Below, in pieces: positions 35,072 to 46,956 of a stretch of DNA of 64,000 bases (positions within the stretch are counted from its first letter, which is position 1; the number at the start of each line of letters is the position of its first letter). The notes beneath the pieces were generated by a model, which searched no databases, had not been told where the DNA came from, and saw only the letters and a program-made list of their open reading frames with translations. Source of the stretch: Pseudomonadota bacterium (GTDB lineage: Bacteria > Pseudomonadota > Alphaproteobacteria > Rhodobacterales > Rhodobacteraceae). The translations under genes and the position numbers were made by a program. The stretch is taken from contig JBCCWO010000012.1 of NCBI GenBank assembly GCA_039193455.1, forward strand, positions 5,311-69,310, given 5' to 3'.

Positions 35072-36643
35072 ATGACAACCGATCCAAACCGCGTGGTGAT
35101 CTTTGACACCACCCTGCGCGACGGCGAGCAAAGCCCCGGCGCGACGATGACCCACGACGAAAAGCTGGAAATCGCGAGCCTGCTTGACGAGATGGGCGTC
35201 GATATCATCGAAGCCGGGTTTCCCATCGCCTCGGATGGCGATTTCGAAGCCGTGAGCGAGATTGCCAAGCGTTCGCAGAACTCGGTGATCTGTGGGCTGG
35301 CCCGCGCGAATTTCAAGGATATCGACCGCTGCTGGGAGGCGGTGAAGCACGCGGCCCGCCCGCGCATTCACACCTTTATCGGCACCTCGCCGCTGCACCG
35401 CGCGATCCCGAACCTGACCCAGGACGAGATGGCGGAGAAGATCCACGACACGGTTACCCACGCCCGCAACCTGTGCGACAACGTGCAATGGTCGCCGATG
35501 GATGCGACGCGGACCGAATGGGATTACCTCGCCCGCGTGGTCGAGATCGCGATCAAGGCGGGCGCCACGACGATCAACATCCCCGACACCGTGGGCTACA
35601 CCGCCCCGAATGAAAGCGCCGACCTGATCCGGCGGCTGATTGCCGAGGTGCCGGGGGCCGAGGAGGTTATCTTTGCCACCCACTGCCATAACGATCTGGG
35701 CATGGCGACCGCGAACGCGCTGGCCGCCGTGGACGGCGGCGCGCGCCAGATCGAGTGCACGATCAACGGGTTGGGCGAACGCGCGGGCAACACCGCGCTG
35801 GAAGAGGTGGTGATGGCGCTGAAGGTGCGCCATGACATCATGCCCTATACCACCGGCGTTGATACGACGAAGATCATGAACATCTCGCGCCGGGTGGCCA
35901 CCGTTTCGGGCTTTCAGGTGCAGTTCAACAAGGCCATCGTGGGCAAGAACGCCTTTGCGCATGAGAGCGGCATCCATCAGGACGGCATGCTGAAGAACCC
36001 CGAGAACTTTGAGATCATGCGGCCCGAGGATGTTGGGCTGAAAGAAACCAACCTCGTGATGGGCAAGCATTCGGGGCGTGCCGCGCTGCGCTCAAAGCTG
36101 AAAGAGCTGGGCTATGATCTGGCGGACAATCAGTTGAACGACGTGTTCGTTCGCTTCAAGGCGCTGGCCGACCGCAAGAAGGAAGTGTTCGAGGATGACC
36201 TGATCGCGCTGATGCGGGACCAGGCCTCGGGCGAGGTGCATGACACGATCCAGGTGAAGTTCCTGCGCGTAATCTGCGGGACCGAGGCACCGCAATCGGC
36301 GGATCTGACGCTGACGATTGACGGCGAGGACAAGCAGATCACGGCCCAGGGCGACGGGCCGGTGGACGCGGTGTTCAATGCGGTCAAGGCGCTCTTCCCC
36401 CATCAGGCGCATCTGCAGCTTTATCAGGTGCATGCGGTGACCGAAGGCACGGATGCGCAGGCCACCGTAAGTGTGCGGATGGAGGAAGAGGGGCGCATTG
36501 TCACCGGCGAGGCGGCGGATACTGATACGGTGGTGGCCTCGGCCAAGGCCTATGTGAATGCGCTGAACCGGCTGATCGTGCGGCGGCAAAAGTCGGACCC
36601 CGACGCGGATGTGAAGGCGGTGAGTTACAAGGATGCGGGTTAG
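35072..36643 (+). CDS. leuA: 2-isopropylmalate synthase
   Basis: IFDTTLRDGEQSPG and HCHNDLGMA motifs. 523 aa. Confidence 0.95.
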   Translation: MTTDPNRVVIFDTTLRDGEQSPGATMTHDEKLEIASLLDEMGVDIIEAGFPIASDGDFEAVSEIAKRSQNSVICGLARANFKDIDRCWEAVKHAARPRIHTFIGTSPLHRAIPNLTQDEMAEKIHDTVTHARNLCDNVQWSPMDATRTEWDYLARVVEIAIKAGATTINIPDTVGYTAPNESADLIRRLIAEVPGAEEVIFATHCHNDLGMATANALAAVDGGARQIECTINGLGERAGNTALEEVVMALKVRHDIMPYTTGVDTTKIMNISRRVATVSGFQVQFNKAIVGKNAFAHESGIHQDGMLKNPENFEIMRPEDVGLKETNLVMGKHSGRAALRSKLKELGYDLADNQLNDVFVRFKALADRKKEVFEDDLIALMRDQASGEVHDTIQVKFLRVICGTEAPQSADLTLTIDGEDKQITAQGDGPVDAVFNAVKALFPHQAHLQLYQVHAVTEGTDAQATVSVRMEEEGRIVTGEAADTDTVVASAKAYVNALNRLIVRRQKSDPDADVKAVSYKDAG

Positions 36644-36763
36644 CGTGCTGATCCCCACCTGAGGGAGGGGGACCCGCGTTTGGGGTAGAGCCCTAGGCTC
36701 GGACCCCAACGCGCAAGGGTGAGGGGGTTACTCCACCGCCAACCCAAGCTATGCTCGCGCCCG

Positions 36764-37954
36764 ATGGACAGCGCAGTGCTTCTTCTTGCGCTCGGCGGAC
36801 TTTTTTCCGCCGGGCTCGCCGCCGATCTGATCGGGCGGCGCACGCGGCTGCCCCGGGTCACGTTGCTTTTGGCGTGTGGGGTTGTCGCGGGCAGCTCGGG
36901 GCTCGACCTCATCCCCCCTGCCCTTACCGATTGGTTCGAGGTGATCTCGGTCATCGCGCTGACCATGGTGGCTTTTGTGCTAGGCGGCACGCTGTCGCGC
37001 AGTACGCTGATGGCGCATGGCTGGACGATCCTCGCGATCTCGGTCCTGATCGTGGTGGTCACGCTTCTTGGTGTCACGCTGGGGCTGACGGTGATGGGGC
37101 TCGACCTTGGGCTGGCGCTGATCCTTGGCGCGATCGCCACGGCGACCGATCCGGCGGCGGTGCAGGATGCGATCCGGCAATATGGGCGCGAGACGGGGTT
37201 TACCAAAACGCTCAGCGGGATTGTCGCCATCGATGATGCCTGGGGGGTGCTGGTCTTTGCGCTTGTGGTGGTCGTGGTGCAGCAGATGGGCGGCGGCGGT
37301 GGATCGGGCCTGTTGCTGCACGCGGGATATGAGGTGGCGGGATCGATCCTGCTGGGGCTGGCCATCGGGTTTCCGGCGGCGTTTCTGACCGGACGGATCA
37401 GCGGCGGTGAGCCCCTTGAATCCGAAGCGCTGGCGGTGGTGTTCCTGACCGCCGGGGCGGCGCTTTGGATGGAGCTGTCCTATCTGATCGCGGGGATGAC
37501 CGCAGGTTCGGTGATTGTGAATGCCGCGCGCCACCACACGCGGGCGTTTCACGAGATCGAGCATATCGAGTGGCCGTTCCTGATCCTGTTCTTTGTGCTG
37601 GCGGGCGCGTCGCTGGATTGGACGGCGCTGATCGCCGCCGGGTGGATCGGCGCGGGCTATGTGGTGCTGCGCGCGTTGGGGCGGGTGCTGGGAGGCTGGG
37701 CCGGTGCGGTCGCGGCGGGGGCCCCGATGCGGGCGCGGGCCTGGTACGGGCCCGCGTTGCTGCCGCAGGCCGGCGTTGCGGTGGGGATGGCGCTGGTGGC
37801 GAGCGAGGTCTTCCCCACCTGGGCGCCCACGATCATGGCGCTGACAATCGCCACGACTGTGATTTTCGAACTTGCCGGGCCGCCGGCGACGCTCTGGGCC
37901 GTGCGCCGAGTGGAAGGCCCCGAGCCGCCCCCGGCACCGGAGCCGAAGCCGTGA
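36764..37954 (+). CDS. Cation:proton antiporter (Na+/H+ exchanger family)
   Basis: About 11-12 TM segments. Start taken at ATG 36764. Confidence 0.8.
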   Translation: MDSAVLLLALGGLFSAGLAADLIGRRTRLPRVTLLLACGVVAGSSGLDLIPPALTDWFEVISVIALTMVAFVLGGTLSRSTLMAHGWTILAISVLIVVVTLLGVTLGLTVMGLDLGLALILGAIATATDPAAVQDAIRQYGRETGFTKTLSGIVAIDDAWGVLVFALVVVVVQQMGGGGGSGLLLHAGYEVAGSILLGLAIGFPAAFLTGRISGGEPLESEALAVVFLTAGAALWMELSYLIAGMTAGSVIVNAARHHTRAFHEIEHIEWPFLILFFVLAGASLDWTALIAAGWIGAGYVVLRALGRVLGGWAGAVAAGAPMRARAWYGPALLPQAGVAVGMALVASEVFPTWAPTIMALTIATTVIFELAGPPATLWAVRRVEGPEPPPAPEPKP

Positions 37955-38499
37955 CGCCGACCACGCATATCCGCGCCGAGACGCCGGATGACGTCGCCGC
38001 CATCGACGATCTGCACCGCGCCGCCTTTGGGCCCGCCGAACCGATCCCCGCGCTGGTGGATCAGTTGCGGCGGTTGAAGGCGCCCCTGCCAACGCTGTCC
38101 TACGTGGCCTGCGACAGCACAGGCTCGGTGGTTGGGCACGTGATGCTGTCGCACAGTTGGCTGGATGCGCCGGAGCGGTTGATTGACGTGCTGGTTCTGT
38201 CGCCGCTGGGTGTGGTGCCGGACGCGCAGGGCCAAGGCGTGGGCACGGCCCTGGTGGAGCATGCGCTTGCCGCGGCGGGTGAGACCACGGCGCCAGTGGT
38301 TATGCTTGAGGGCGACCCGCGTTACTACGGGCCGCGCGGGTTCACGCCCGCCGCGAACCTTGGGATCCGCCGCCCGTCGCTGCGCATTCCCGAAGCGGCC
38401 CTGCAAGCGGTGCGCCTGCCCGCATACCGGCCCGAGATGACAGGCACCCTGGTCTATCGCGAGCTTTGGTGGGCGCTGGATTGTGTGGGGTTGCGGTAG
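37951..38499 (+). CDS. GNAT family N-acetyltransferase
   Basis: GTG 37951 overlaps the antiporter stop (GTGA). QGQGVGTALV acetyl-CoA loop. Confidence 0.7.
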   Translation: MTPTTHIRAETPDDVAAIDDLHRAAFGPAEPIPALVDQLRRLKAPLPTLSYVACDSTGSVVGHVMLSHSWLDAPERLIDVLVLSPLGVVPDAQGQGVGTALVEHALAAAGETTAPVVMLEGDPRYYGPRGFTPAANLGIRRPSLRIPEAALQAVRLPAYRPEMTGTLVYRELWWALDCVGLR

Positions 38500-38505
38500 C
38501 GGCCC

Positions 38506-39474
38506 TCAATACGCCTGGTCGCGATCCACAACATTCAAAAACCCCTCGCCCACCTCGCCCCTGCGCACGTTCTCGGCGATAGACTGGCTCGCCGTTTCCT
38601 TGCGCGTGGCGCTGGCGATGTGGGGGGTGACCGTTACGCGGGGGTGGGACCAGAAGGGATGGTCCTGTGGCAAAGGTTCAACCCGGAAGGCATCGAGCGT
38701 GGCGTGGGCGATGTGGCCTGCGTCCAGCGCCGAAAGAAGGGCCGTGTCGTCAATCAGCCCGCCGCGGCCGGGGTTGATCAGCACGGCGCCCTTGGGCAGC
38801 TGGGCGAGGCGTTCGGCGTTCATCAGGTTTTCGGTGCCGGGTGTCAGGGGCATCAGCAGGACGACGATGTCGGATCGCGCCAAAACGGGGGCAAGGCCAT
38901 CCGGGCCCTGGAAGGTCGCGACGCCGTCGATCTCTTTCGCGCTGCGCGCCCATCCGGCGACGTCAAAGCCAAGGCGGGACAGGGCGATGGCGCAGGCGGT
39001 GCCCAATTCGCCCAGCCCCAGCATCCCGACGCGACGCTCGGGCGCGAGCGGCGGAAACCCTGTGCGCCAGACGCCGTCCTGGCCCATCACATGCGCATCT
39101 ACTCCAAGGTGATGGCGCAGGACATGGCCGGTCACCCATTCAACCATGCCCTGGGTCATCCCCGGCTCGACCATCCGGCAGAGCGGTGCTGTGAGCGTTG
39201 CGTTGTGCACCACATCCTCCACCCCGGCCCAGAGGTTCAGCACGGCCTTCAGTCGGGTGTAGGGCGTGAAATCCTGCAAGGGGCTGTTCGGGGCATAGAC
39301 CACGTAATCGACGCTGCCCGGGGGCATGTCACGGGCGAGGATCGCGGGCACGCTGGCAGCGTTAAAGGCCCGGGTCAGCGGCTCTTCATATTCGGCCCAG
39401 CGCCGGTCATCGGCGGCAAAGAGGACGTTCACCACGCCTGTCGCCCCGTCAGTTGCCGCGGGGGCGGTGGACAT
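38506..39474 (-). CDS. D-2-hydroxyacid dehydrogenase (glyoxylate/hydroxypyruvate reductase A-like)
   Basis: GLGELGTA NAD-binding motif and a PHIAS catalytic His region. Start ambiguous (ATG 39474 or GTG 39435). Confidence 0.7.
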   Translation of the reverse strand: MSTAPAATDGATGVVNVLFAADDRRWAEYEEPLTRAFNAASVPAILARDMPPGSVDYVVYAPNSPLQDFTPYTRLKAVLNLWAGVEDVVHNATLTAPLCRMVEPGMTQGMVEWVTGHVLRHHLGVDAHVMGQDGVWRTGFPPLAPERRVGMLGLGELGTACAIALSRLGFDVAGWARSAKEIDGVATFQGPDGLAPVLARSDIVVLLMPLTPGTENLMNAERLAQLPKGAVLINPGRGGLIDDTALLSALDAGHIAHATLDAFRVEPLPQDHPFWSHPRVTVTPHIASATRKETASQSIAENVRRGEVGEGFLNVVDRDQAY

Positions 39475-40594
39475 GGGCGGACTGCACCAAACCGAAAGCG
39501 ACGAGCAGGACCAGCATGGCCGAGCCGCCATAGCTGACCAGCGGCAGGGGCACGCCCACCACGGGCGCAAGGCCCATCACCATCGACATGTTGACCGCGA
39601 AGTAGAAGAAGAACGCCGCCGCGATGCCATAGACCAGAAGGGCCGAAAACCTGTCCTTCATCGTCATGGCCGAGGCGATGCAGAAAAAGATGATCAAGCC
39701 ATACAGAGCCAGAAGCGAGAAGGCCCCCATGAAGCCGAACTCTTCCGCCAATGTCGTAAAGATAAAGTCGGTGTGCTTTTCGGGCAGGAAGTTCAGCCGG
39801 GATTGCGTGCCCTGCATAAAGCCCCGCCCCGACAGCCCGCCCGAACCCAGTGCGATCTTGGATTGCGTGATGTGGTATCCCGCCCCGAGCGGGTCCTGGC
39901 TGGGATCAAGGAAGGTGTCGATGCGGCGGAACTGATAGTCCTTGATCAGCTGCCAATCCGTTCCACGTGAGGTAAACACGGCCGAGACAAGGCCCACCCC
40001 GGCCGCGATCACCGTGCCAAAGTACCACCAGCTGACCCCGGCGAGAAACATCACCACGCCCCCGCCTGCCAGCAGGAGGATCGAGGTGCCGAGGTCGGGC
40101 TGGATCACCACAAGGCCGGTGGGAATGAGGATCAGAATCACCGGAATGGCCACCCAGAGCGGGCGCGAGACCTTTTTCGGATCAAGCCAGTCGTAATAGG
40201 CGGCGAGGATCATCACCAGCGTGATCTTGGTGACCTCTGACGGCTGCAACCGCATGAATCCCAGGTCGATCCAACGCTGCGCCCCCATGCCGGTGACGCC
40301 AAAGAACTCTACCGCCAGCAGCAAAAGGAGCGACACGCCATAGGCGAGCGCGGCGACGTTGCGCCAGAACCAGATCGGGACCATGGCGACGATGAACATC
40401 GCCAACAGCCCCAGTCCGAAACGCTGCATCTGCGGCTCGGTCCAGCGGTTAATGTTGCCGCCCGCGACCGAGTAGAGCATCAAAAATCCGATCGACGAGA
40501 CCGCGATCAGAAGCAGGATCAAGGGCCAGTTGAGGTAGAGCACCTTGCGAAAGCCCGTGGGGACGGTTTTGACGTTGTACTCAAGATAGCTCAT
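39449..40594 (-). CDS. rodA: Rod shape-determining protein RodA (SEDS glycosyltransferase)
   Basis: 381 aa polytopic membrane protein immediately downstream of mrdA. Confidence 0.9.
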   Translation of the reverse strand: MSYLEYNVKTVPTGFRKVLYLNWPLILLLIAVSSIGFLMLYSVAGGNINRWTEPQMQRFGLGLLAMFIVAMVPIWFWRNVAALAYGVSLLLLLAVEFFGVTGMGAQRWIDLGFMRLQPSEVTKITLVMILAAYYDWLDPKKVSRPLWVAIPVILILIPTGLVVIQPDLGTSILLLAGGGVVMFLAGVSWWYFGTVIAAGVGLVSAVFTSRGTDWQLIKDYQFRRIDTFLDPSQDPLGAGYHITQSKIALGSGGLSGRGFMQGTQSRLNFLPEKHTDFIFTTLAEEFGFMGAFSLLALYGLIIFFCIASAMTMKDRFSALLVYGIAAAFFFYFAVNMSMVMGLAPVVGVPLPLVSYGGSAMLVLLVAFGLVQSAHVHRPRGN

Positions 40595-42534
40595 GCGCGG
40601 CTCCGCCCGGGTGCGGGGGGACGGGGATCCTTGAGATCCATGGCCTCGTACATCGTGCGGATACGCTCACGCTGGCTGGTGGGATAGGCCTCAAGCGGCG
40701 GGACCTCTCCGAATTGCGCGAAGGCGAGGATGTCGCGCGCGACGGGCGCCGCGGCGCGGGAGCCACCGCCGCCATGTTCGACCACGACCGAGACAGCGTA
40801 TTTCGGTTTGTCGCGGGGGGCGTAGCCCACGTAGAGCGCGTGGTCGCGGCGTTCCCACGGCAGATCCTCGTTGCGGATCACGCCGGCTGCGCGTTCGGCG
40901 GGTGTGATGTTGCGGACCTGGCTGGTGCCGGTTTTTCCGGCGATCTCATAGCCTTCCATGACGATCCGGCTGCCCCGTGCGGTTCCGCGCGACCCGTTGT
41001 TCACGCTGTCCATGGCATCGCGCATGAGCCTGAGGTGATAGGGGTTGATGTCGATCTTTTCCGGCGGATCGGGATAGAGCGCGACGCCATCGACCGTCTT
41101 GATCAGGTGGGGCTCAAGGTTCAGCCCGCTGGCCATCCGCGCGGTGTAGACGCAGAGCTGCAGCGGCGAGGCCAGCGTGAAGCCCTGCCCGATGGAGGCG
41201 TTGAGCGTATCGCCCACGCGCCAGGCCTCGCCCCGGCGGACCTGTTTCCATTGCTGGGTCGGCGCCAGGCCCTCGGTCACCGCCGACATCGGGATATCGT
41301 GGCGCACGCCAAGGCCCAGCTTGTTGGCCATGGCCGTGATCCGGTCGATGCCGACGCGTTGCGAGATGTCGTAATAGTAGACGTCGCAGGACTGGATCAG
41401 CGAATCCGAGAGGTTCATGTGCCCGTGCCCCCCGCGCTTCCAACAGTGAAAGCGGCGGCGGCCGAGTTGATAGTGGCCCGGACACCAGACGGTTTCGTCG
41501 GGGTTCAGTACCCCCATTTCCAACGCCGCAAGGGCGACCACCATCTTGTAGGTCGAGCCGGGTGGATAGGTGCCCTGCACGGGCTTGTTGCGGAGCGGCA
41601 CATATTTGTCTTCGCGCAAGACGTTGTAGTCGGCGCTGGAGATGCCGCGGACAAAGAGGTTCGGGTCATAGGCCGGGGCCGAGCCGATCGACAGGATGTC
41701 GCCGTTCTCGCAATCCATGACGACCACGCCGGCGCTTTCCCCGGCAAGGCGTGCCTGGACAAAGTTCTGCAACCGCGCATCGACGGTCAGTTGGATGTCG
41801 GATCCTGGAGTTCCCGGATCGCGATCCAGTTCGCGCATAACGCGACCTGCGGCGTTCACCTCGATCCGCTTGCTGCCCGCCTTGCCGCGCAGGTTTTCTT
41901 CAAGCTTGGTCTCGACCCCGATCTTGCCGATCTGGAATTTTGGGATCTGCAGCAAGGGATCGGGGTCTTCGATCCGGCTGAGATCATAGTCGCTGACCGG
42001 GCCCACATAGCCGATGACATGGGCGAAATCGTCCTTCAGCGGATAGTAGCGCGAAAGGCCGACATCCGGGGTGATGCCCGGCAGCGCAGGTGAGTTCACG
42101 GCGACCTTGGAGAACTCTTCCCAGGTCAGGCGGTCGGCGAGCGTGACGGGGACAAACGGGCTACGCCGGTTCATTTCGCGGATTGCGCGCTCAAGCTCGT
42201 CCTCGTCGAGCGTGACGAGTTCCTTCAGCTTGCCGATCACCTCATCCACATCGCCCGCGTCCTCGCGCACGATGATGATGCGGTAGTTCTGGCTGTTGTC
42301 GGCGATGATTACGCCGTTACGGTCAAAGATCAGGCCCCGCGGCGGGGCCAGCAGGCGCACGTTGATGCGGTTTTCTTCGGCCAGAAGGCGGTATTCGTCG
42401 GCTTCTTCGATCTGCATCTGGCGCATGCGCAGGCCGAGCATGCCCATGAAGGCCAGTTGCAGGCCGCCGACAACAAGACCGCGCCGGTTCACCACGCGGG
42501 CGTTTTCTTCGATATCCTTGGGCGACTGTTTCAT
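40591..42534 (-). CDS. mrdA: Penicillin-binding protein 2
   Basis: STYK, SGD-like and KTGT transpeptidase motifs. mreBCD context. Confidence 0.9.
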   Translation of the reverse strand: MKQSPKDIEENARVVNRRGLVVGGLQLAFMGMLGLRMRQMQIEEADEYRLLAEENRINVRLLAPPRGLIFDRNGVIIADNSQNYRIIIVREDAGDVDEVIGKLKELVTLDEDELERAIREMNRRSPFVPVTLADRLTWEEFSKVAVNSPALPGITPDVGLSRYYPLKDDFAHVIGYVGPVSDYDLSRIEDPDPLLQIPKFQIGKIGVETKLEENLRGKAGSKRIEVNAAGRVMRELDRDPGTPGSDIQLTVDARLQNFVQARLAGESAGVVVMDCENGDILSIGSAPAYDPNLFVRGISSADYNVLREDKYVPLRNKPVQGTYPPGSTYKMVVALAALEMGVLNPDETVWCPGHYQLGRRRFHCWKRGGHGHMNLSDSLIQSCDVYYYDISQRVGIDRITAMANKLGLGVRHDIPMSAVTEGLAPTQQWKQVRRGEAWRVGDTLNASIGQGFTLASPLQLCVYTARMASGLNLEPHLIKTVDGVALYPDPPEKIDINPYHLRLMRDAMDSVNNGSRGTARGSRIVMEGYEIAGKTGTSQVRNITPAERAAGVIRNEDLPWERRDHALYVGYAPRDKPKYAVSVVVEHGGGGSRAAAPVARDILAFAQFGEVPPLEAYPTSQRERIRTMYEAMDLKDPRPPAPGRSRA

Positions 42535-43070
42535 AGCCTGTGTCCCAACTGATCCACCGCCCCCGGCGCCATCTTACGTAGGCCGAGAATACGGCCAGAG
42601 AAGACCACCGCCAACGGGTAGCACAGGATCGTCATGATCATCTGGATGAGCGTGAGGCCCAAGGCCGGTTGGTCGACCGCAAAGAGCGCGAGCGTGATGA
42701 CATAGCCCAGCGTCATCGACACGATAACACCGGTGACCATCATCCATTCGAGCAGGAAGGGCAGGTCGCGCGAGGCCGCTTCGCGCGAGCGCAGGAATTC
42801 AAGTCCAAGGACAACGCATGCGGCCCAAAGCCCCAGCGGGCGCAGGAACAGGACGTCGGTCATCAGGACGACGGCTGCGACGAGGAGGGCCGGCACATAA
42901 TCGGGGCGGCGCAGGACCCAGACGAAGGCCAAAAGCAGGATGACATCCGGCCCGGGGAACCGGCCTGCCCCGGCATCGAGCGGCAGGAGGCGGGCGAAAA
43001 CGTCCAGGAACGCCAGCGCCACAAAGAGCGTGCGGTAGCGCCAGCGCCGGGTGACCACGACCTCAGCCAT
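42531..43070 (-). CDS. mreD: Rod shape-determining protein MreD
   Basis: 179 aa hydrophobic protein. ATG 43070 overlaps the mreC stop. Confidence 0.8.
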   Translation of the reverse strand: MAEVVVTRRWRYRTLFVALAFLDVFARLLPLDAGAGRFPGPDVILLLAFVWVLRRPDYVPALLVAAVVLMTDVLFLRPLGLWAACVVLGLEFLRSREAASRDLPFLLEWMMVTGVIVSMTLGYVITLALFAVDQPALGLTLIQMIMTILCYPLAVVFSGRILGLRKMAPGAVDQLGHRL

Positions 43071-43956
43071 CGGTGCCCTCCGCCGCGGGGAAGATCGCGT
43101 CGGGGCCGACAAGGCCGCCCGGCGCGCCAATCGCCTCAGCCGGGCGCGAGCGGAGGACGCGCAGAAACTCAAGCCGTTCATAGTCGGCAGCAAGGCGCAC
43201 GCGCAGGCGGTCGTCCGGCCCGGCGACGAGCTGGCCCACAAGAAGGCCCGCGGGAAAGACGCCGCCATCGCCCGAGGACACGACGCGGTCGCCGGGGCGG
43301 ACCTGTTCGGTATCTTCGATGAAATCCACGGGCGGCAGGGCCGAATTGTCACCCGCCAGAATGCCGCGCTGGCCGGTGGGTTGGATCGTGACGGGGATGC
43401 GGCTGCCCGGATCGGTGAGTAGGATCACACGGCTGGTGGTCTGCCCCACGCCCGAGATGCGGCCAACCAGGCCCAGCCCGTCGGTGGTGGCCCACCCGTC
43501 CTGGATGCCATCGCGCGCGCCGACGTTCAGCAAGACCGATTGCCGGAAGGGCGAGCCGCTGTCGGCCAGGACCACGCCGGTGACAAAGGTCAGCTTGGGG
43601 TCGAGGCGCACCTTGTTGAGATCGAGAAGCTTGGCGTTTTCCTGTTCCAGTTGCAGCGCCGCCTCGCGCCAGGCGCGCATCTGCTGCAACTCGCGGCGCA
43701 ACTCCTGGTTCTGTTCGCGGATGCGGGCATAGCTTTGGAAATCGCCTACCAGATCGACGGCGTTCGTCACCGGCACAAGCGCCCAATCCATCGAGGGCAC
43801 GAACCGGTCCACCAGCATCGCACGGAAGCGTTCGGCACGGGGGCTGTCGATCCGCCAGAGCAGGAACAGCGCAAACAGGACCAGCACCAAGCCACCGATG
43901 AAGATGCGGCGGATTGGGCGCGTATAGCTGTCGGTACTGCCTCGGTCTTGTGCCAC
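43063..43956 (-). CDS. mreC: Rod shape-determining protein MreC
   Basis: N-terminal TM, coiled-coil region, then beta domain. Gene order supports the call. Confidence 0.9.
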   Translation of the reverse strand: MAQDRGSTDSYTRPIRRIFIGGLVLVLFALFLLWRIDSPRAERFRAMLVDRFVPSMDWALVPVTNAVDLVGDFQSYARIREQNQELRRELQQMRAWREAALQLEQENAKLLDLNKVRLDPKLTFVTGVVLADSGSPFRQSVLLNVGARDGIQDGWATTDGLGLVGRISGVGQTTSRVILLTDPGSRIPVTIQPTGQRGILAGDNSALPPVDFIEDTEQVRPGDRVVSSGDGGVFPAGLLVGQLVAGPDDRLRVRLAADYERLEFLRVLRSRPAEAIGAPGGLVGPDAIFPAAEGTDG

Positions 43957-43988
43957 GGCCTCGTCCCGGGCCGGAGGGTCCGGCCCTG

Positions 43989-45104
<1,116 letters not shown>

Positions 45105-45171
45105 TTAACGGGGAAGATGTAAAGCCGCTTATTTCATAGGATTGTCGCGGCTTTGCACAAATGCGACATTG

Positions 45172-45954
45172 TCACCTCAGTTTCGGTGGTTTTGACGGGT
45201 CCGAACCGGGTGCGGATTGCACTTTTTGAGCAATCGGGGTCGGCAGATCAAAGCGCAGGGCGGCTTTGGCGAGCTTTGCGGCCATCGGATCGGTGGCGGC
45301 AAAGAAGGCCACGTCCATCTGCCCAGCCTCAACCCCGGAAAAGATCAGCGCCTCGGATGCCGCCTGGGCAAGGCTGTCTTCGGCCCCGGGAACGGGGTCA
45401 ATGAAGGCGAGCATGTGGCCCTTCACGCCGCCCTCATAGGTGATACCGGCGAGGAACGCGTAGCGGGCCAAACCCGCCGCCGTTGGCAATTTGGCATCAA
45501 GCGCGGCGATCAGGCTTTCGGGCAGACCAGCAGGGGCGGTCACCTCGACCGGGCGGGCCTCGATCTCGGTCGGTGCCTCGGCGAGCGTTTCGGCGAGCCA
45601 GGCGACCGCGTCGGCGGGGATCAGGATCGAGGATGGCGCAACGCCAAGGTTGACGCCCAAACCCATGCCCTGGCCTGCAAGAAGACTTGCCAGCGCCCGG
45701 CCCGACAGCGCGGCGTAGGGCGAGATGACGCCCGTGAATTCGGTCAATCGGTCTTCGCGGTCAAAGGCGAGGACGACCTCGCCCTCTTCCAACGCGAAAA
45801 CCTGGGGGGTGATGCGGTCGCCCTGCGCCTCTTCAGTCAGCAAGAGCATCAGCTCCGCGTCTGCCAGCCGTTCGTAGAACCGAAGCCGCGCCGCGTCATC
45901 TTCGGGCGCCGCCTCCATCGCGGCGTGGGCGGCATCAAGCGGGGTGTCGGTCAT
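45172..45954 (-). CDS. SseB-like family protein (assignment tentative)
   Basis: 260 aa. ATGA overlap with the upstream UDG gene. Family recalled by eye only. Confidence 0.45.
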   Translation of the reverse strand: MTDTPLDAAHAAMEAAPEDDAARLRFYERLADAELMLLLTEEAQGDRITPQVFALEEGEVVLAFDREDRLTEFTGVISPYAALSGRALASLLAGQGMGLGVNLGVAPSSILIPADAVAWLAETLAEAPTEIEARPVEVTAPAGLPESLIAALDAKLPTAAGLARYAFLAGITYEGGVKGHMLAFIDPVPGAEDSLAQAASEALIFSGVEAGQMDVAFFAATDPMAAKLAKAALRFDLPTPIAQKVQSAPGSDPSKPPKLR

Positions 45955-46538
45955 TGCAATACCTCTGCGACCCGGGCGCGCAGGGCCGGCAGAACCTCGG
46001 CCCCGAACCAGGGATTTTTCTTCAGCCACGCGGTGTTGCGCCAGGACGGGTGCGGCAAGGCAAAGACGTCCGGCGCATGGTCGCGCCAGGCGGCGACAGT
46101 CGCGGTGACGCCGGTTTTGGCGCCAAGGTGCCATTTGTGCGCATAGCCACCGACCAGCAGGGTGAGTTGCACCGTGCTGAGCGCGGCCATGACACGGGCA
46201 TGCCAGGTTTCTGCACAGATTTTCGGTGGTGGCAGGTCCGATCCCTTGGCGTCATATCCGGGAAAACAAAAGGCCATGGGCACCACCGCGATGCGGTCGC
46301 GGTCATAGAATGTGGCCTCATCGACCCCCATCCAGTCGCGCAGCCGGTCGCCCGAAGGATCAAAGAACGGACGGCCCGCGTTGTGAACGCGCAGGCCCGG
46401 CGCCTGCCCGGCGATCAAGAGGCGCGCACCGGGGCGGAACCAGACCACGGGCCGCGGCGCATGAGCCGTGGCGGTCGCGGCAAACCGGTCGGTGCAGATC
46501 CGGCAGGCAGAGATTTCGGCGGGCAAAGTGGCGGACAT
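45951..46538 (-). CDS. Uracil-DNA glycosylase superfamily protein
   Basis: LLIAGQAPG motif A plus a C-terminal HPS motif (LPHPSWRN). Confidence 0.75.
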   Translation of the reverse strand: MSATLPAEISACRICTDRFAATATAHAPRPVVWFRPGARLLIAGQAPGLRVHNAGRPFFDPSGDRLRDWMGVDEATFYDRDRIAVVPMAFCFPGYDAKGSDLPPPKICAETWHARVMAALSTVQLTLLVGGYAHKWHLGAKTGVTATVAAWRDHAPDVFALPHPSWRNTAWLKKNPWFGAEVLPALRARVAEVLQ

Positions 46539-46595
46539 GGGCGGCACACTAGGCGCACAGGCGGGTGGCGGCAAATCGGCTCTTGCATTATTTCG

Positions 46596-46611
46596 ATATT
46601 TCTAGAAATAT
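46596..46611. promoter_or_regulatory. Perfect 16-bp palindrome ATATTTCTAGAAATAT (probable ArsR-family operator)
   Basis: Ends 6 nt before the arsR-like ATG, in an AT-rich 79-bp divergent spacer. Confidence 0.55.
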
Positions 46612-46617
46612 AGATAT

Positions 46618-46956
46618 ATGAGCGACTCAACCCCACCCCCCGACCAGCTGGCCGAAATGGCGTCGACCTTTGCCGCGCTTGGGTCGGAACAGCGATTGTC
46701 GGTCTTGCGCACGCTGGTGCGCGCGGGACCCGATGGGCTGACCATCGGAGAATTGGGCGTGCGCTCAGGGGTTTCGGGGTCTACCCTGACCCATCACATG
46801 AAGATCCTCGCAGCAGCCGGACTGGTCAACCAGTTGCGGCAGGGCCGCAAGATCATCTGCATCGGGGCGGCTTATGACACCATGAGCGGTCTCTCGGAGT
46901 TTCTCTTGTCGGAATGCTGTGCCGACGCGTCACAAACGGATCACACCCATGGCTGA
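46618..46956 (+). CDS. ArsR/SmtB family transcriptional regulator
   Basis: wHTH with LSVLRTLV...TIGELG...STLTHHMKIL. Confidence 0.85.
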   Translation: MSDSTPPPDQLAEMASTFAALGSEQRLSVLRTLVRAGPDGLTIGELGVRSGVSGSTLTHHMKILAAAGLVNQLRQGRKIICIGAAYDTMSGLSEFLLSECCADASQTDHTHG